Source of the DNA: Lepidodermella squamata
Lineage: Eukaryota; Animalia; Gastrotricha
Reading direction: 5' to 3'
Length of the DNA: 64,000 bases
Assembly (NCBI GenBank): GCA_047495785.1
Contig: JBLDXI010000001.1
Location: 620,001-684,000, forward strand
Part shown: piece by piece, positions 13,158 to 26,291 of the stretch
How positions within the stretch are numbered: the first letter of the stretch is position 1
Layout of the letters: the number at the start of each line of letters is the position of its first letter
Made by a program: the position numbers and the translations under genes
The notes under the pieces: generated by a model
Database searches by the model: none
Told to the model about the DNA's origin: nothing
The model's input: the letters and a program-made list of their open reading frames with translations, nothing else

Positions 13158-14905
13158 ATGGGTTCTGTGAACTTTGCAGCCCTGATATTGGGTCTAGCGT
13201 TAGGGTTAACCAGCGCAACAGATGTTTTCGTCAGGCCTCAGGGATGCCCAAATGACATAAGGCTGATTGTCGACGATTCTTACCGCGATTTCGCGAATTA
13301 TACCCTCGAACAATGTGCGGGTCAATGCTTGGCCGACGGAACGTGGTGCCGTTCGTTTTCTTATTACGACGACCCAGCTAATGCTACGAAAACTTGCGTG
13401 TTAAACATCGGTCATGCTGATGCTATGTGGACTGGGCTGGTCTTTGCCAAATTTTGGTCCTACTATGAAAGGGTTCGTTTCGCGAACTTCGCGCAATTTC
13501 CGAATAAACGTTTGTTTTCGCTGTAGATAACCGAGGAGACTGGCTTGCAGAACTTTGGAATCACTCCAATTACCACATGCCAAACCAGAATTTTCCGTGA
13601 TTGCAAACAGGCTGCAATGGCGTTAGGATTCACCTCCCCTCAGCAAGTCATGATTAAGTTGGACGACCTGCAGTACGCGGTGCCAGCCCTGTGTCAAAGC
13701 ACCAACGCCAACAACGGTAAAATAATAAAGCATAAAGAAAATGTCCGTTCCAACTTCCTAAAACTTTTCTAGAGCTTGTTATGCTTTCGAGAACTGGCCT
13801 TGGCTTTTACGATATTAGCTGGAATCGAAACTGGGAGGAATACAAATATGGCTTTGGCCGCGATAGCAGCAATTTCTGGATGGGTCTCGAATTCATGTAC
13901 CAAATCACCAACCAAGGTATTGTCTTTTGATCCCTTCTTAAACTGTTCTTTGAAAACTGTTTCATTTAGATTATCTTTTGAGGTGGTCTGGAAGTGGCCG
14001 CTGTATTTTCCCTCGAAAGATTAACGGCACAGCTCAGCGCTTCACAATTTCGGATGTGACGAATGGACGTTGCCCGTGGTGGAGCATCCGAGCTGACGGA
14101 AAAATCGTCATGTCTCAGCGATCTCTCTGCATTTGCGAAGATACCGTAAATCCAGGAGGTATCGGCCACGTTGCTCTTTGCGGCTGTAACGAACCGAATC
14201 GCTATCAAGTTCGACAATAAATTCAAAGTGATTATAATTCTTTAATGAATATCATTATTTTTACAGTTCATTTACTCTACACCGCTAAATATGATCATGT
14301 CAGTTCGACCAAATACTGGAAACAGGTGTTTGAAAATCACATCAGATAACAACGGAGAGGAAGTCATTGTAGCTGATTGCGATCAAAGCATTAATTTCTT
14401 CATTTGGTCCCTGAAAACTGGTCGCTATTCCACAATGTGGGTCAGCTGGGACATCACCAACACTAGGAGAGAATCTAAAGCTATTCGCACGGCGATGCTC
14501 GACGAATCAAACGGCTACCAGATTCAAGCTGATCAGGTCAGAAAAAGGCTTAAATCAAGTGATTTATTAGGGAAAAATTATAATTCCAGCTCAGCGGGTG
14601 TGCCACTCTCGGCCACAAGGTGTCACAGAATCAGAAATTCTCCACCTATGACCGTGATAACGACCGACAAGCTGATCAGAACCTTGCGCTTCGACAAGCC
14701 GGTGGTGACTGGTGGACCCAGCCGACCTGGTCAGACGGTGGAGACCCGAAATTTACAGCTATGAGAGAGTAAGAGCCACTAGTCATTTCATATTATTGTG
14801 TATTTATTTTCGATTTTTTCCCCCAGTGTGAGCAAATACAGCATGTGTGGCGGTTGGCTGATGAATGCCGTCATGTCTCTGGTAGCTGAAGATTGGCTTT
14901 TGTAA
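13158..14905 (+). CDS. Secreted PAN/apple + fibrinogen-related (FReD) protein with an internal ricin-B-like domain; exons 13158-13472, 13527-13716, 13773-13916, 13970-14208, 14267-14536, 14590-14768, 14827-14905
   Basis: Signal peptide, then PAN motif TLEQCAGQCL...CRSFSY...CVL. FReD motifs WNRNWEEYKYGFG..SSNFWMGLEFMYQITNQ and KFSTYDRDND...GGDWW. Three ricin-like C-x-x/V-x-L-x-x-C repeats lie between them. All six introns are GT-AG, 53-58 nt, and phase-consistent to TAA 14903-14905. Confidence 0.85.
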
Positions 14906-15189
14906 TTATCGACCGGTTAAACCCGTGCGGAACCAGATCTATATAAAATACTCTCGTGCCGTGATTTTCGTTCTTATCTCCCGTAAATTAAACATATTGA
15001 CAGCTGTACTATGAGATTCCCTCTTCACCAGAATGAAATTCTTGACATGGCAAGCTAGATAATTTGCGAAATAAAACAGCGTTTGGTTTCAATAGATCGA
15101 GACCAATATTTATTACAATAATAATTGAAACAAACAAACGATGCAAATTTACGATACAAACTTGACAATAATAAAAAAGACAACGAATT

Positions 15190-17663
15190 TCATCGATTTT
15201 GTTGTTGCTGCTGAAAGTGCATCGAAGCAGCGTATAAATTTTGCGCTTGCATAAGCTGCTGCGGCGACAGCCCAATCGGAACGCCGTTCGGATACATCGG
15301 TGGCGAGAAGGGCGAGAAATTCGCGGCAGCAGCCATCGCGGCACCAGGAGGAGGGGAACTTAGCAAAAACTGCTGTTGCTGTTGCTGGATTTGCCGTTGC
15401 TGCTGCATCATTTGCTGCGATTGCTGGGCCGCAGCCATCATATGCGAGGGCATCGCTTGCTGTTGCTGGTGCTGCTGCATTTGCTGCTGAGCAGCCATCA
15501 GATTCGGCTGCTGATGTTGCTGCATCTGCGGCTGAGCGGCGTAATTCTGCTGCAGCATGGCCGGTGGCACTCGCGGCGAGATTTGGGCTTGACTATGGCC
15601 CTGGTGCTGGGTTTGGACCATCATTCCACTAGACGATGGAGCAGCTGCGACTGGTTGGTTCACATGGGGAGGTGATCCCACCAAGTTTTGCTGCGGCCAC
15701 TAAAAACGAAATAAACCGCGTTTAAATTAGAAAAATTCAAATATTATATCACACACCATCATCAGATTGTTGTGCTCAGGTAACGCTTTAGCAGCGGCAG
15801 TTTCGTCGACTAGAGCCTTTGTCATAATACCAGCATCTGCTGTGTAAGAATGAGCCATTTGCTCCAAGAAATTGGCCTGTTGTTGGGCGCCTTGCTGAAG
15901 AAAGAGGCGACTCTCCAAGAAACAAGTGTCAGCTAAAAATCTGACTGACACTGCAGTTAGTTCTGTGTCTCCCGAAGCTTTAGCCTGGTTTGACGAGAAT
16001 TCAATGTGCTCCTTGGCACCAGTTGGGTTTTGATGAATCAGGAAGATGTAACCAAGTAGCAATCTGGATAGCAGGTTCATTCGGCTTAAACCTTCCGGGG
16101 TGGAGAATTGTAGAGCCCTTGTCAACGCTTCCCTCGCCTCGTTCGGCTTTCGCTGGCCGAGAGATAATACCGCGATGCAATATTCACGCGCGGCCCGGAG
16201 CAGAGCAGGTGGGCTAGCCCTGCTACTTGCGATAACTTCGTCATAGCGCTGAAGAAGCATCGAAGCTTCTGTTTTTCGGTTCATTTTCGAAAGCAGTAGA
16301 CAACGTGATAACTCGACAACGTAGCCCATTTCACGATCAGGACATTCGAGTTGCTGCGTTTGAATCGACTGCATGTGCCAATCGGCGACGTCAGCCCGGC
16401 CCATAAGGTGGTAATAGAATCCTAGCAAAAGCCTGACACGGTATTCAAATCGCTTGGCTACTCTATCTGAGCAGTGCGGCAGAACAGAAATCATTTTTCC
16501 AATATTGACGATAGCTAAAGATCGCTTCTCCGAGATTAGGTACGATTGAGCTAGATTTTCCAGGTAAATAAGCGATAGCCGAGGAATCAATGGATGCCTA
16601 GGATCGTTCGACGACTTGTAAACCTCAAGAGCTTGCAGGCCCTTTTCAACATTTCGTCTGACTCGGTCAGACCGGCCCGCCTGGAGCTCGTACATTGAAG
16701 TTACTGCCGAAACGATGATATAAAGCAGATCGCGAGACAGCCAGACAAATTTGTCATGGGCATTCGCCAAATTATTTTGAGGTATCGCAGATATCGGTTC
16801 TGGCGCGTAGCCCATCAAGGTGGTCAGGGCATCTTGCAATTGCTTCAAAGGTCCAGCGGCAGTGTTAACCTAAGGTGAGAAAAATATGCAATAAATATTA
16901 TTTAATAAAATGCAACTTTTCAAACCTGAGATGCATATAAAAAATGGCATGTCTGCATAATCAAGAATAGCACCTTGCAGACTTCACGCTGACGTTGATT
17001 TTCCGTGTAAGCGTTTATCAGTACGCTACAAGCTCCCAAAACTCCATCGACGCCGCCAAATTCTCGTTGTATTAGCAATAACATTCCATGTCCCAGCTTG
17101 AAGACGATCCGAGCATATTGCGCGCCAAAACGAGATGCGACATCATCGCCCATTGTCAAATAGTAGATCGATGATTTTATATTGCCGTCGTCCATGGCAA
17201 GCTGGGCTAGCTGAAGTAAAATTCGACAACTCCAATATGAACTATTTACGGTGTCTTTGTGAACACTTTGAAGTAATGTATACGCTTGTTGCATTTTGCC
17301 TTTCAACGCATACGCTTTGGAAAGTTGAGACGCGGATTCGAAATAGCAGTCTGGCATATTTAGACTGCCAAATAAGTTCATTGCTCTTTCTAGATGACCA
17401 ATAATCAGATCATATTGCTTAGTGTGCTTCAGGAGTAGACTGCCGATTTGTAAATGAACTCGCGCCTCTATTTTAGCCGGAGGCTGCGACGATACCAAAC
17501 AGATCAAACAATGAACCGAATAGCGAATATTTGGAGGACTTTGTTGGCGAAAATATTCAGCAAGGCCCCATAGAGCCAACCAGTAGTCATCAGAAGGTTC
17601 GCTTTTCATCAACTGCGTGGTTTGTTGGATGACGCTGCTCATTCCAACACCATGAGCTTGCAT
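15190..17663 (-). CDS. MAU2: MAU2/Scc4 cohesin loader subunit with Q-rich C-terminal extension; exons 16926-17663, 15757-16869, 15190-15699
   Basis: YWLALWGLAEYFRQQSPPNIRYSVHCL...EARVHLQIGSLL at the N-terminus, LKQLQ, and the C-terminal LPEHNNLMMW all match MAU2. Confidence 0.92.
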
Positions 17664-18112
17664 CTTTCACTGAATTGATTTATTGATAATTGATAAGAAT
17701 TCCTAATAAGTGCAACATAGAAAATGCTGAAAACTAAAGTATTAAAATTGAATGCTTAGGAATACAAATTTGACGCCTGATAATATATCATTTTCGCGAA
17801 TTTCAAAGGCTGAGTTGATTTTACGATAAGTTTTTCCAAGTGAGGAAATAAATTAAAGATATCAGACATGAGATGGGAGCAGAAGAGCAAAAAATGTACT
17901 ATAGTTATTATAGGTATTCAGAAGTTTACTTATCCAATTGATTTCAGGTGTTTTCGCTTTTCGCGAAGGTATTGCTAAGTCATCTTGGTTATGAGCAACA
18001 CTCGTGGTTACAGCTTACAGCATGGATTTCAAGACAGCATCTTCAGGAAATTATTGTTTCGTTCCGAGTTCCGAGTTCTGAGGCGGTGGTGGTCAACTGG
18101 AAACAAAGCGTC

Positions 18113-18254
18113 TGCTAATGATCTTATCATCGATAATCGAAAGATACAGAAAACAATCAATACGGCGATTGTTTTCATTTATATGCTAATGATCTTATCA
18201 TCGATAATCGAAAGATACAGAAAACAATCAATACGGCGATTGTTTTCATTTATA
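18113..18254. repeat. Perfect tandem duplication, 2 x 71 bp
   Basis: TGCTAATGATCTTATCATCGATAATCG...GATTGTTTTCATTTATA at 18113-18183 and again at 18184-18254. Confidence 0.95.
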
Positions 18255-19906
18255 CTCTTTCACGGTTTACACTAAATGAATAATTTTGGCAACCAGTAGT
18301 CACTTTACTCCCAGAACCCCCAAGCTATATACTTAAAACCTATATTCTATATAGCTATATATTTAAAACCTTAGTCTTCTGCCCGCTTGCTTGGCCTCAG
18401 AAAAGGTGGACTGTCCTTATCCTTGCTTTCCCGGACTGTGGTAGGCTTAGAAGTTTTTTCTACCCTGCTCACACCAGATCGTCGAGCGTCGAGCCACGCG
18501 CCTAATAGCGGACACACTCATCAACAAGTTCGCTTTTTTGAATCTCCCTCGCTATTTTCACTGACTTCACCAGCATACCCAAGGTTAACAGGAAATAAGA
18601 AACATTTTTTATTTACTACATGGTAATTAGATCAGTTTTGCTACTCAATTCAATGCTCTATATTTCAATAACAATAAAAGTGAAAAGTAAAATTAATTTA
18701 TTTTTACATTAGTCCGCGATTTGGTTCGATTTCCGTAGCATTTAGTTTTTTGTCTGAGCAGGTATATCACAAACTTCAGTTTGGAACTTTGAACCCCACA
18801 CCTGGAATATGTTTTTAGCCCTTTGATAGATTTTGTCTTCTAACTAGCACTTTTCAAAGAAGTCAGAATTCCAATGAATTTTTACTGAATTCGACAAAAT
18901 GACCCCTCATTCGGCTAGGAGGTTCAAGGGGCCCCGAGCTCGTGCCCCGCGCCCCGCGCCCCCTTTCGGCTGTGGACCCTCGGTCTTGGGTTGCTCTAGG
19001 CTCTAGGATCCAGAAACTATCATTATTAATAGCAAATGTACATATGAGAAGAAATATCGCTGCCCACTGCGTGTTAAAGGAGGCTCTTAATGATTTTATC
19101 CTCCAACGACAACGTTGCAACGCAATAATGGGTTACTTACCTGGGCATTTCACTGATAGGTCAAGGCTGTCGCAAAATTCAAGTGTTCATGGGCATCACT
19201 AACTGCAAGCTCTGTCGGCTGGAAATAAAAATAAATACTGAAAATGTCGTAATTTTACGTTTTGCTGCCTCGAAGCTCAAAGGCCAATGGCTATGCTTGA
19301 TTGAAATTAATTGTTCTTTGAAAAGCTAAAATAGGGGTTGAACCCCATACTCTTGCTTCCATGTGCTAGTTCGCCGACTTGCATCAGTGAAATTGACCGG
19401 AGACCAATGCCAATCGACCTATCTTCTTGCCCTGTCTCTGCCTGTATTGGTAAGCTCTCAATGAAGTGAAATGGATCAGGAATTAATAACTCGTGAATCT
19501 TGCGACTTCAGGCGCGAATTGGCAGCTTCTTTCTAGCAATTGCAACCCTGCAATTTTCTTAATTATGTCAGCTATCTATGGGCTATGGGTTGAAAAAAAT
19601 TCCTATGTCTGGCAGATTGAGAAGGAAAGCTTATTTATTTAATAAAGCTGTGATTAATTTTTAAAGAATATCAATTTTTCAACTTATTCGAATATCAAGA
19701 CACTGTTTCACCAGGGGTCTTTCACACTGGCTGCGGAAATTTTTGTTGCTTGCTGCGATGACATCCATTTTTCTTATTACAGATAATTTTTTGCTCTTGC
19801 TTGATTCGCATCCGACTTGGTCATTTAATTCAAAACCTACCCAGAAAGTTATTGGATCTCTTAATATTAAATACTTGTTTAAATTTCATAGATAATTTTA
19901 TTACTG

Positions 19907-22803
19907 ATGGCAGCTTCGGCGATTCATGGGTTACCTGAAGTATGTTGACACAGTGTTTATGATACTTATTTCATTCTAAACATGATTTTCCGTGCAGAAT
20001 TATCCTGGAGCTACCAAGTTGCTCAGAATTGGTATTTATTCGGCTAAAGACTTGGCGAAGAAAGACATTTTTGGCTTGAGGTAATTAACTTAATTTCGTC
20101 ACCAATTGAATTTACTAAAAACTATTTTTTTATTAATTTAGTGATCCGTATGTCTTATTTTCTTTATGCCGTCGCTCCCAGTCGGGAAGTCTGAAAAAAA
20201 TCTACACAGCCCGCACGAAAACAATTAAAAGAGTAAATTATTAAAACTATTAAAACGTGCTCCTACAATTTTGCTACTACATTGACAACAGAATTTGAAC
20301 CCAGTATGGGATATGCAAGCAATTTGTCGAGTCGATCCTTCAGCTAACGTCTTGCTGTTCGAGCTGTACGATGCCAACAGAATTGTGAGTCACTGAATTT
20401 CCGTCCGTCGCTCTGCTTTACAGTTTGTTATTTTCAGACTCGCGACGACTTTCTCGGATTGGTTGAGATACCGCTCATTGGCACTGACATTCCTACAACA
20501 GCACAAGACGCCGAGGTTGTACCGACAAGCTACGTCTTGCGCGCTAGAAAGTAAGCTGCCTTTTTACAATTAAGCATCGTTTGAACCGAATGTAATTTGA
20601 ATAGCCACGCATCCAACATACGTGGATCAATAAATATCGCTCTTGCTTTTGTTGCCGATCGCTCAGATGGACAAGGCTCTAATCTTCGCACTGAAGAGGC
20701 TAGTATCGATTTAATTATCCGAAACCTGTCATAATTTAAATGTGTTATTGATAGAACGAAGATGGACTCATTGAAGTATCACAGGAAAGACGGCAATCTC
20801 AAATGCCGGCCGACGCACCGTTGCCGCCAGGCTGGGAGTGCCGTCGAGATGCCAATGGCAGAGTGTACTACTTGAATCACAACACACGTACAACCACGTG
20901 GCAACGCCCTCGTGGTGATGTTTCTAGTGCAAATGCTTCTGCTAATGATTCGCCAGCTCAAAGTGCAGAAGGCGCTGCTTCGCCGAATGAAAACTCGCCC
21001 GTCGTCAGCCCTACTAGTTCCGTTTCACAGTTAGAAGCTGCTCTCCAGGCTGTCACTCTCTCCCCAACTCCTGTCGCCTCAGCCACTGCCGCAGCAACAG
21101 CCACACCAGCAGCGTCAAGTGGTGGAGCGAGACGTGTGCCGTCACGTCGGCATATCTCTGCTCGCGATGTCGAACCCACGACGAATTCATCGACTCAGTC
21201 ACCTAGAATTGAGTTATTAACCACGGGTGAAGATGAAGAACCGTTACCGCCGGGTTGGCAAAAAGCGCGTGCTCCTAATGGTCGAATTTTCTTCGTAGAT
21301 CACAATACGCAGCTAACAACTTGGGTATGTTTAGTTTGAATGCAAAAATATCACGAAAGATTCATTAAAATGTTGTTACAGCAAGATCCACGAACCGGGC
21401 AGGAAACGACTCAACCTGAATCTATTAAGGAGGCGCCTAACATTGATGCCGCGTACCAAAAAACCGGCGCAGATGACACCGGTGCTGCAGCGTTGAGTGA
21501 GGCAGAGGCTAATGCGCATTTAGGACCTCTGCCAGATGGCTGGGAGCGGCGAGTCTCCGAGTCAGGCCGGCCGTTCTTCGTCGACCACAAGTCACGGAGA
21601 ACGCAATGGGAAGACCCGCGTCTCGCTCAATACGCGGGTCCGCGTCTTCGCCTGGAACGAACATTCAAAGCCAAATACGATAATTTCCGCGCAAATCTTC
21701 GCTTGCCGCCAAATCTGCCGAATAAGGTGGATATCGAAGTGCGACGCTCTGACATTTTGCAGGACGCGTTTAACATTGTGATGTCTACGATGGACGTAAA
21801 TCTCCTTAAAGCGCGCCTTTGGGTTTCGTTTCGCGGTGAACAGGGTTTGGACTACTCTGGTATTAAACGCGAGTTTTTCTGGCTTCTTTCTAAAGCTATG
21901 TTCAATCCGTATTATGGGCTATTCATGTACTCGGCAGCTGATAATTATACGCTGCAAATAAATCCGAATAGCGCGATGGCAGAGCCGAATCATTTGCAAT
22001 GGTACTACTTCATCGGAAGAATTACCGGAATGGCTGTTTTCCACGGCTATTTACTTGACGGGTTTTTCGTTCGCCCGTTCTACAAACTGATTCTTGACAG
22101 ACCACTGACACTGAATGATATGGAATGCACGGATGTCGAGTATTACAACTCGCTCCAGTACATCCTCGAAAACGACGTGACCGACCTCGATTTGCATTTC
22201 ATCGCCAATGACGCCGATTTGTACGGCAAACCGGTCGAGGCCGAACTGATACCTGGTGGTGCTACGAAGAGCGTGACGAACGAGAATAAGGAGGAGTACG
22301 TCAAGTTGCTAATCGACTACCGGCTGAAAGGCCGTGTTGGCGAACAGATGCATTGGTTTATGACCGGTTTCACTGAATTCATCCCGCGTACTCTACTACA
22401 AGACTTCGACGAGCACGAATTGGAACTACTTCTCGGTGGCATTCAAAATATCGACGTGAATGATTGGAGAGAACACACCGAGTACCGCAATGGCTACTCG
22501 CCCAACCACGTGACCATTGTTAATTTCTGGAAGCTCGTCTACCTGATGTCGAATCATCAAAGAACTCGGTTGCTGCAATGGGTGACGGGTACGAGCAAGC
22601 TGCCCGCAAACGGTTTTCGCGATCTTCAGGGCTCCAATGGCCCTCAGCGATTCACAATTCAGCTGTGGAGCGATCGCGGCCACTTACCACAGGCACACAC
22701 TTGTTTCAACCGGCTAGAATTGCCGCCCTACGAGCAATATGACGAATTGCGCGAGAAAATTTTCAAAGCGCTGGAAATGGGCCGAGAATTCAACACTGAT
22801 TAG
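19907..22803 (+). CDS. NEDD4: NEDD4-family E3 ubiquitin ligase (C2, 3 WW, HECT)
   Basis: Small 5' exons splice to a C2 domain ([17 protein letters not shown]...TKTIKRNLNPVW...TRDDFLG). Three WW domains (LPPGWE, LPPGWQ, LPDGWE). HECT domain with FNPYYGLF and the catalytic AHTCFNRL. Confidence 0.95.
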
Positions 22804-24415
22804 GGTGGATGAAATCATACATTTTGGAAAATCTTTAAATTAATATTATACTACACGTTATTTTTGCGCGGTATTATTTATGTTGTTACTTTTGATGATG
22901 ATGAACCAAAATATAACGTGAAAATCCTGAAGCAGATGCACGTCTTTTGAAAATCTGAACTGAAATGTAGTTAATTGTCTGTGAAAGGCATATATCCGAG
23001 CTGAGCCTGAAGAAACGCTTTTATTGTCTGATTTCATGACAAGTTAGTTGTTTTACTATTGTTGGACGAATCGCGCTTAGGTGGTGTGTGAGTTATTATA
23101 CACCAAAAGTGTCCAATGATAGCCCTTTGACTGCTTTCTGAAAGCTAAATAGAATTTCCCGAGGTGTCGAAAGACATCGGCCTACTAATTAACTGCATAA
23201 TTTGCCTGCAATAACTTCTGCCACGGAAGAACGCACGCATTTCTATTCCAATGTGTCGCTTCGTCGAAACTGTGAGCGAGAACTCGATTACCCAACTTGC
23301 ATCTGCAATGCGTCATGCACGGCAAAACCATGTTATGTTGGTCAGCTATTATTTAAAACTGAAAGCTTACGACTTCTAAAATTGCTATAGTTTTGTACAT
23401 TGTCTTATATACTATATAACTAACAGAATGAAATTTTTCGTTGATCACGGAGAAAACACTGAAAAGACATGAATTTTGAAATAAAACCGAAATTCCACTT
23501 GCTGTGACTTTTTCATTAGCTCATTTTTTGCGTTTTTCCTTCAGTATCCATTGTTTACAGGCTACATTTAAAAAGGAGTTGTTTTAGCGCCCAGCACGAA
23601 TCCAGCAAGAAATTCAAGAAACAACGCTGCATAAAAACGATGAAATTTTGAGACAAACTCATTTTACTTCATTTTCCACACAATATTACACATATTTTAT
23701 ATGCGCTCGATTAGATCAAGAAACATTTCAATACAGTAAAGAGACAAGAACATAGAAATAGTAGTGGTCGCTCGATATCCTGGCCCGTTTTGCGTCGTAA
23801 TATTTATTACACATACTGACGTTTTATTATATCGATATCGATGTGTGTAAAGCAATAACTGGTCAGAGACGCCGATTATAGTATCGAAAACCACTCATAT
23901 AATAAAGCTTTCTCAGAAAACACTGACAATTTAGTCCTTTTATCTCCCAGTGGACTTTTCAAGTTAATAGATGATTTTTACTGTGAACTGAAATAAAATC
24001 CTCATATCAAACTGATCTACATAACACAAGTTAGCCTAATCGAAGAAACATAGAAGTTGGAACTTTACCCCTGGAAAGGGCATATTGTAGGTTTCACTAA
24101 ATTATTAATTCTGTTGTTACCGAGAGGTAACGAATAGCGATTCATAGCATGAATTGTTTAGAATAATATAACCCATGTTCATCGCAGAAATGTCGTCAAA
24201 TCCATTTGAAATAAAAACTGAACAAATTTCGAAATAACATAAGCATGTAGAGATAGAGAGGATGAGACGTTAACCATGTTTAATAACAATATACAACGAG
24301 ACAAGAACACCGCTTCCGGTATCATAACAGAGCAATAAGGATTGAGCAGGCAAGCTACATGGTCCTCGTCTTCATCGTCATACTTATCATGTAGTTGTGT
24401 AGTCCAATTTTGCGA

Positions 24416-26291
24416 TCAGCCTTTCCAGCCAAATTGCTTCGCTTGTTGGCTAAGCTGTTCCATGAGTAACTGCCGCTGGGCAGGATTTAGGGCGGCTGTA
24501 GCGCTTGCTAGAGCGTTCTGGCTAGCAAGGCCGAAATTGGTCGGTTGGCTCGTCAGGGCGGCGATTTGCTGCTGAAGAATCGCCATGCTTATCAGCGACT
24601 GCGGTGAGTTATTACCAAGCAGTTGCTGCGGCAAAAGTTGACTGGCCAGCTGGACGGCGGCTGCGTTCAAGTTTGCAGCACTCACCGAAGAAGAATTCTG
24701 ATGAGCGTTACTGGGTGCAGCCAACGCCGCGACAGCTGCGGCCTGAGCAGCAGAAATTGCTTGCGAGGGCTGGGCAGCCTGGATCGCCGCGGACGTCGGT
24801 GTCCTATCTTGTTGTACAGACTGGTGTTGCCTGAGAGATGAACTTTGCGCCGACGACGGTGTTGACTGCGCATGTGGCTGCAGTCCCGTCGGCATCATTG
24901 CGGCTAATTGAGCTGGAATGTGACCCTTTTTCAACTGCTCCTCCAGTTCTTGCTGCTGCTCTGCTGCTTTCAAGAAAGCACCCTTTAAACGAGCGGTATG
25001 CTCCTGACGCAATGTTCGTTTTTGATTCGAAGTCACGCACTGCTCACAGATAACGTTTTTCGACCCAGGTTTCTCGCGCTTCCAAACAGGTGTGAAGTCG
25101 CTCTTGCACTGGCTGCATCGAAATGGATTGAAAACGTACTTCACATCACGCTTTTCTTGCCGTTGAATATCCAACAGCATTTTTACAACCTCTTCCAAAC
25201 CAAGCAACTTGACAAAATCGTTGGAGATTAGAGATGGGATAAATGAAAGTTCTGGCGGCAACGGTTTAGGAGGCGGGATTGCGAGCAAAGTCTTCTCCAA
25301 TTGACGCCTCAACGCTCCTCGGGCCGCTTGCTTTTGAGCGTCGTCTAATACGACCGGCTTGGCGGGAGCAGGTGTGCTAGGCTGAGATGCTGGTGTGTTA
25401 ACAGAAGGGGTATTGTTGGTCGCTTGGTTGGACCGGGCATTGACGTTGGATTGATTATTTGCCGGAGTTCCATGGGCTGATTGCTGCTGTGCCGACCTGG
25501 GTGGCGGCAAGTTAGAAGCCGAAGCACCGGCTGGCCGTTTGCCTGCAAGTGCAGAACTCGGCTGGTTTTGCTGAGGCTGACTGTGGGAAGAGGCATGACT
25601 TTGAATTGCATGCCCAGAGGAACCCCTGGATTGATTCGCCTGAGCTGAACCTCCGTGCGCTTGAACAGTGTTAACACTAGGATGAGCCTTACTGACACCG
25701 TTCGCAGCATGAGCTGGACGTCCCGCGACAACCTGCGTATGGGCAGCATTGTTGCTATGCGCTGCATTTCTTTGCTCGCTATTGTGAGCGCTAACTGCAG
25801 TGGTGTGCACAGGATGATCAGGGGCATGTTGCAATTGATTGTACCGCAGTTGCTTTAGTAGTATCAACTTCGTTTCTTCATTCCGCAATTCATCTTGCAG
25901 CTTTTTGATAAGTTTTTCTCGCCCTATATCATCTGATGCCTGAAAATAAATAGTTAAATTTGTTAAAAGATTGAATAATTTATTAACCCAATCTCTTACC
26001 TCTTCCTCCGAATCAATGCTGACAACCGCAGGCACGTCCTGTCGACTCAGCTGAGACTGATCGCCTGGAGTGCCTGTTTTAACTGCTGAGGGCTTTTTAG
26101 TTAAATCCATGGGCTGCTCAGCGCAGGCAGCGTACCCAGCGAAAACCGACATCCTATCGTTTTGTTTCTCTCGCATGATAACATTGGATCTTGAATATTC
26201 AAGAAAATAAGTAATACGGGAGGTTGACAAATTTTATAAACTACCTTTTACTGTGCGCAACTTCGCATTCACCAGGCCGCTTACTTGACAT
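24416..26291 (-). CDS. GATAD2: GATAD2/p66 (NuRD subunit)
   Basis: CR1 coiled coil IKKLQDELRNEETKLILLKQLR, RRQLEKTLLAIPPPKP, and GATA-like Zn finger CSQCKSDFTPVWK...CEQCVTSNQKR. PMDLT (CtBP-type) motif present. Probable first exon 26245-26291 (MSSKRPGECEVAHSK); an in-frame intron lies at about 25941-25999. Confidence 0.92.

Noticed and set aside
18113-18254. Direct repeats considered as a CRISPR-like array
   Set aside because: There are only two adjacent copies with no spacers, and the context is eukaryotic.
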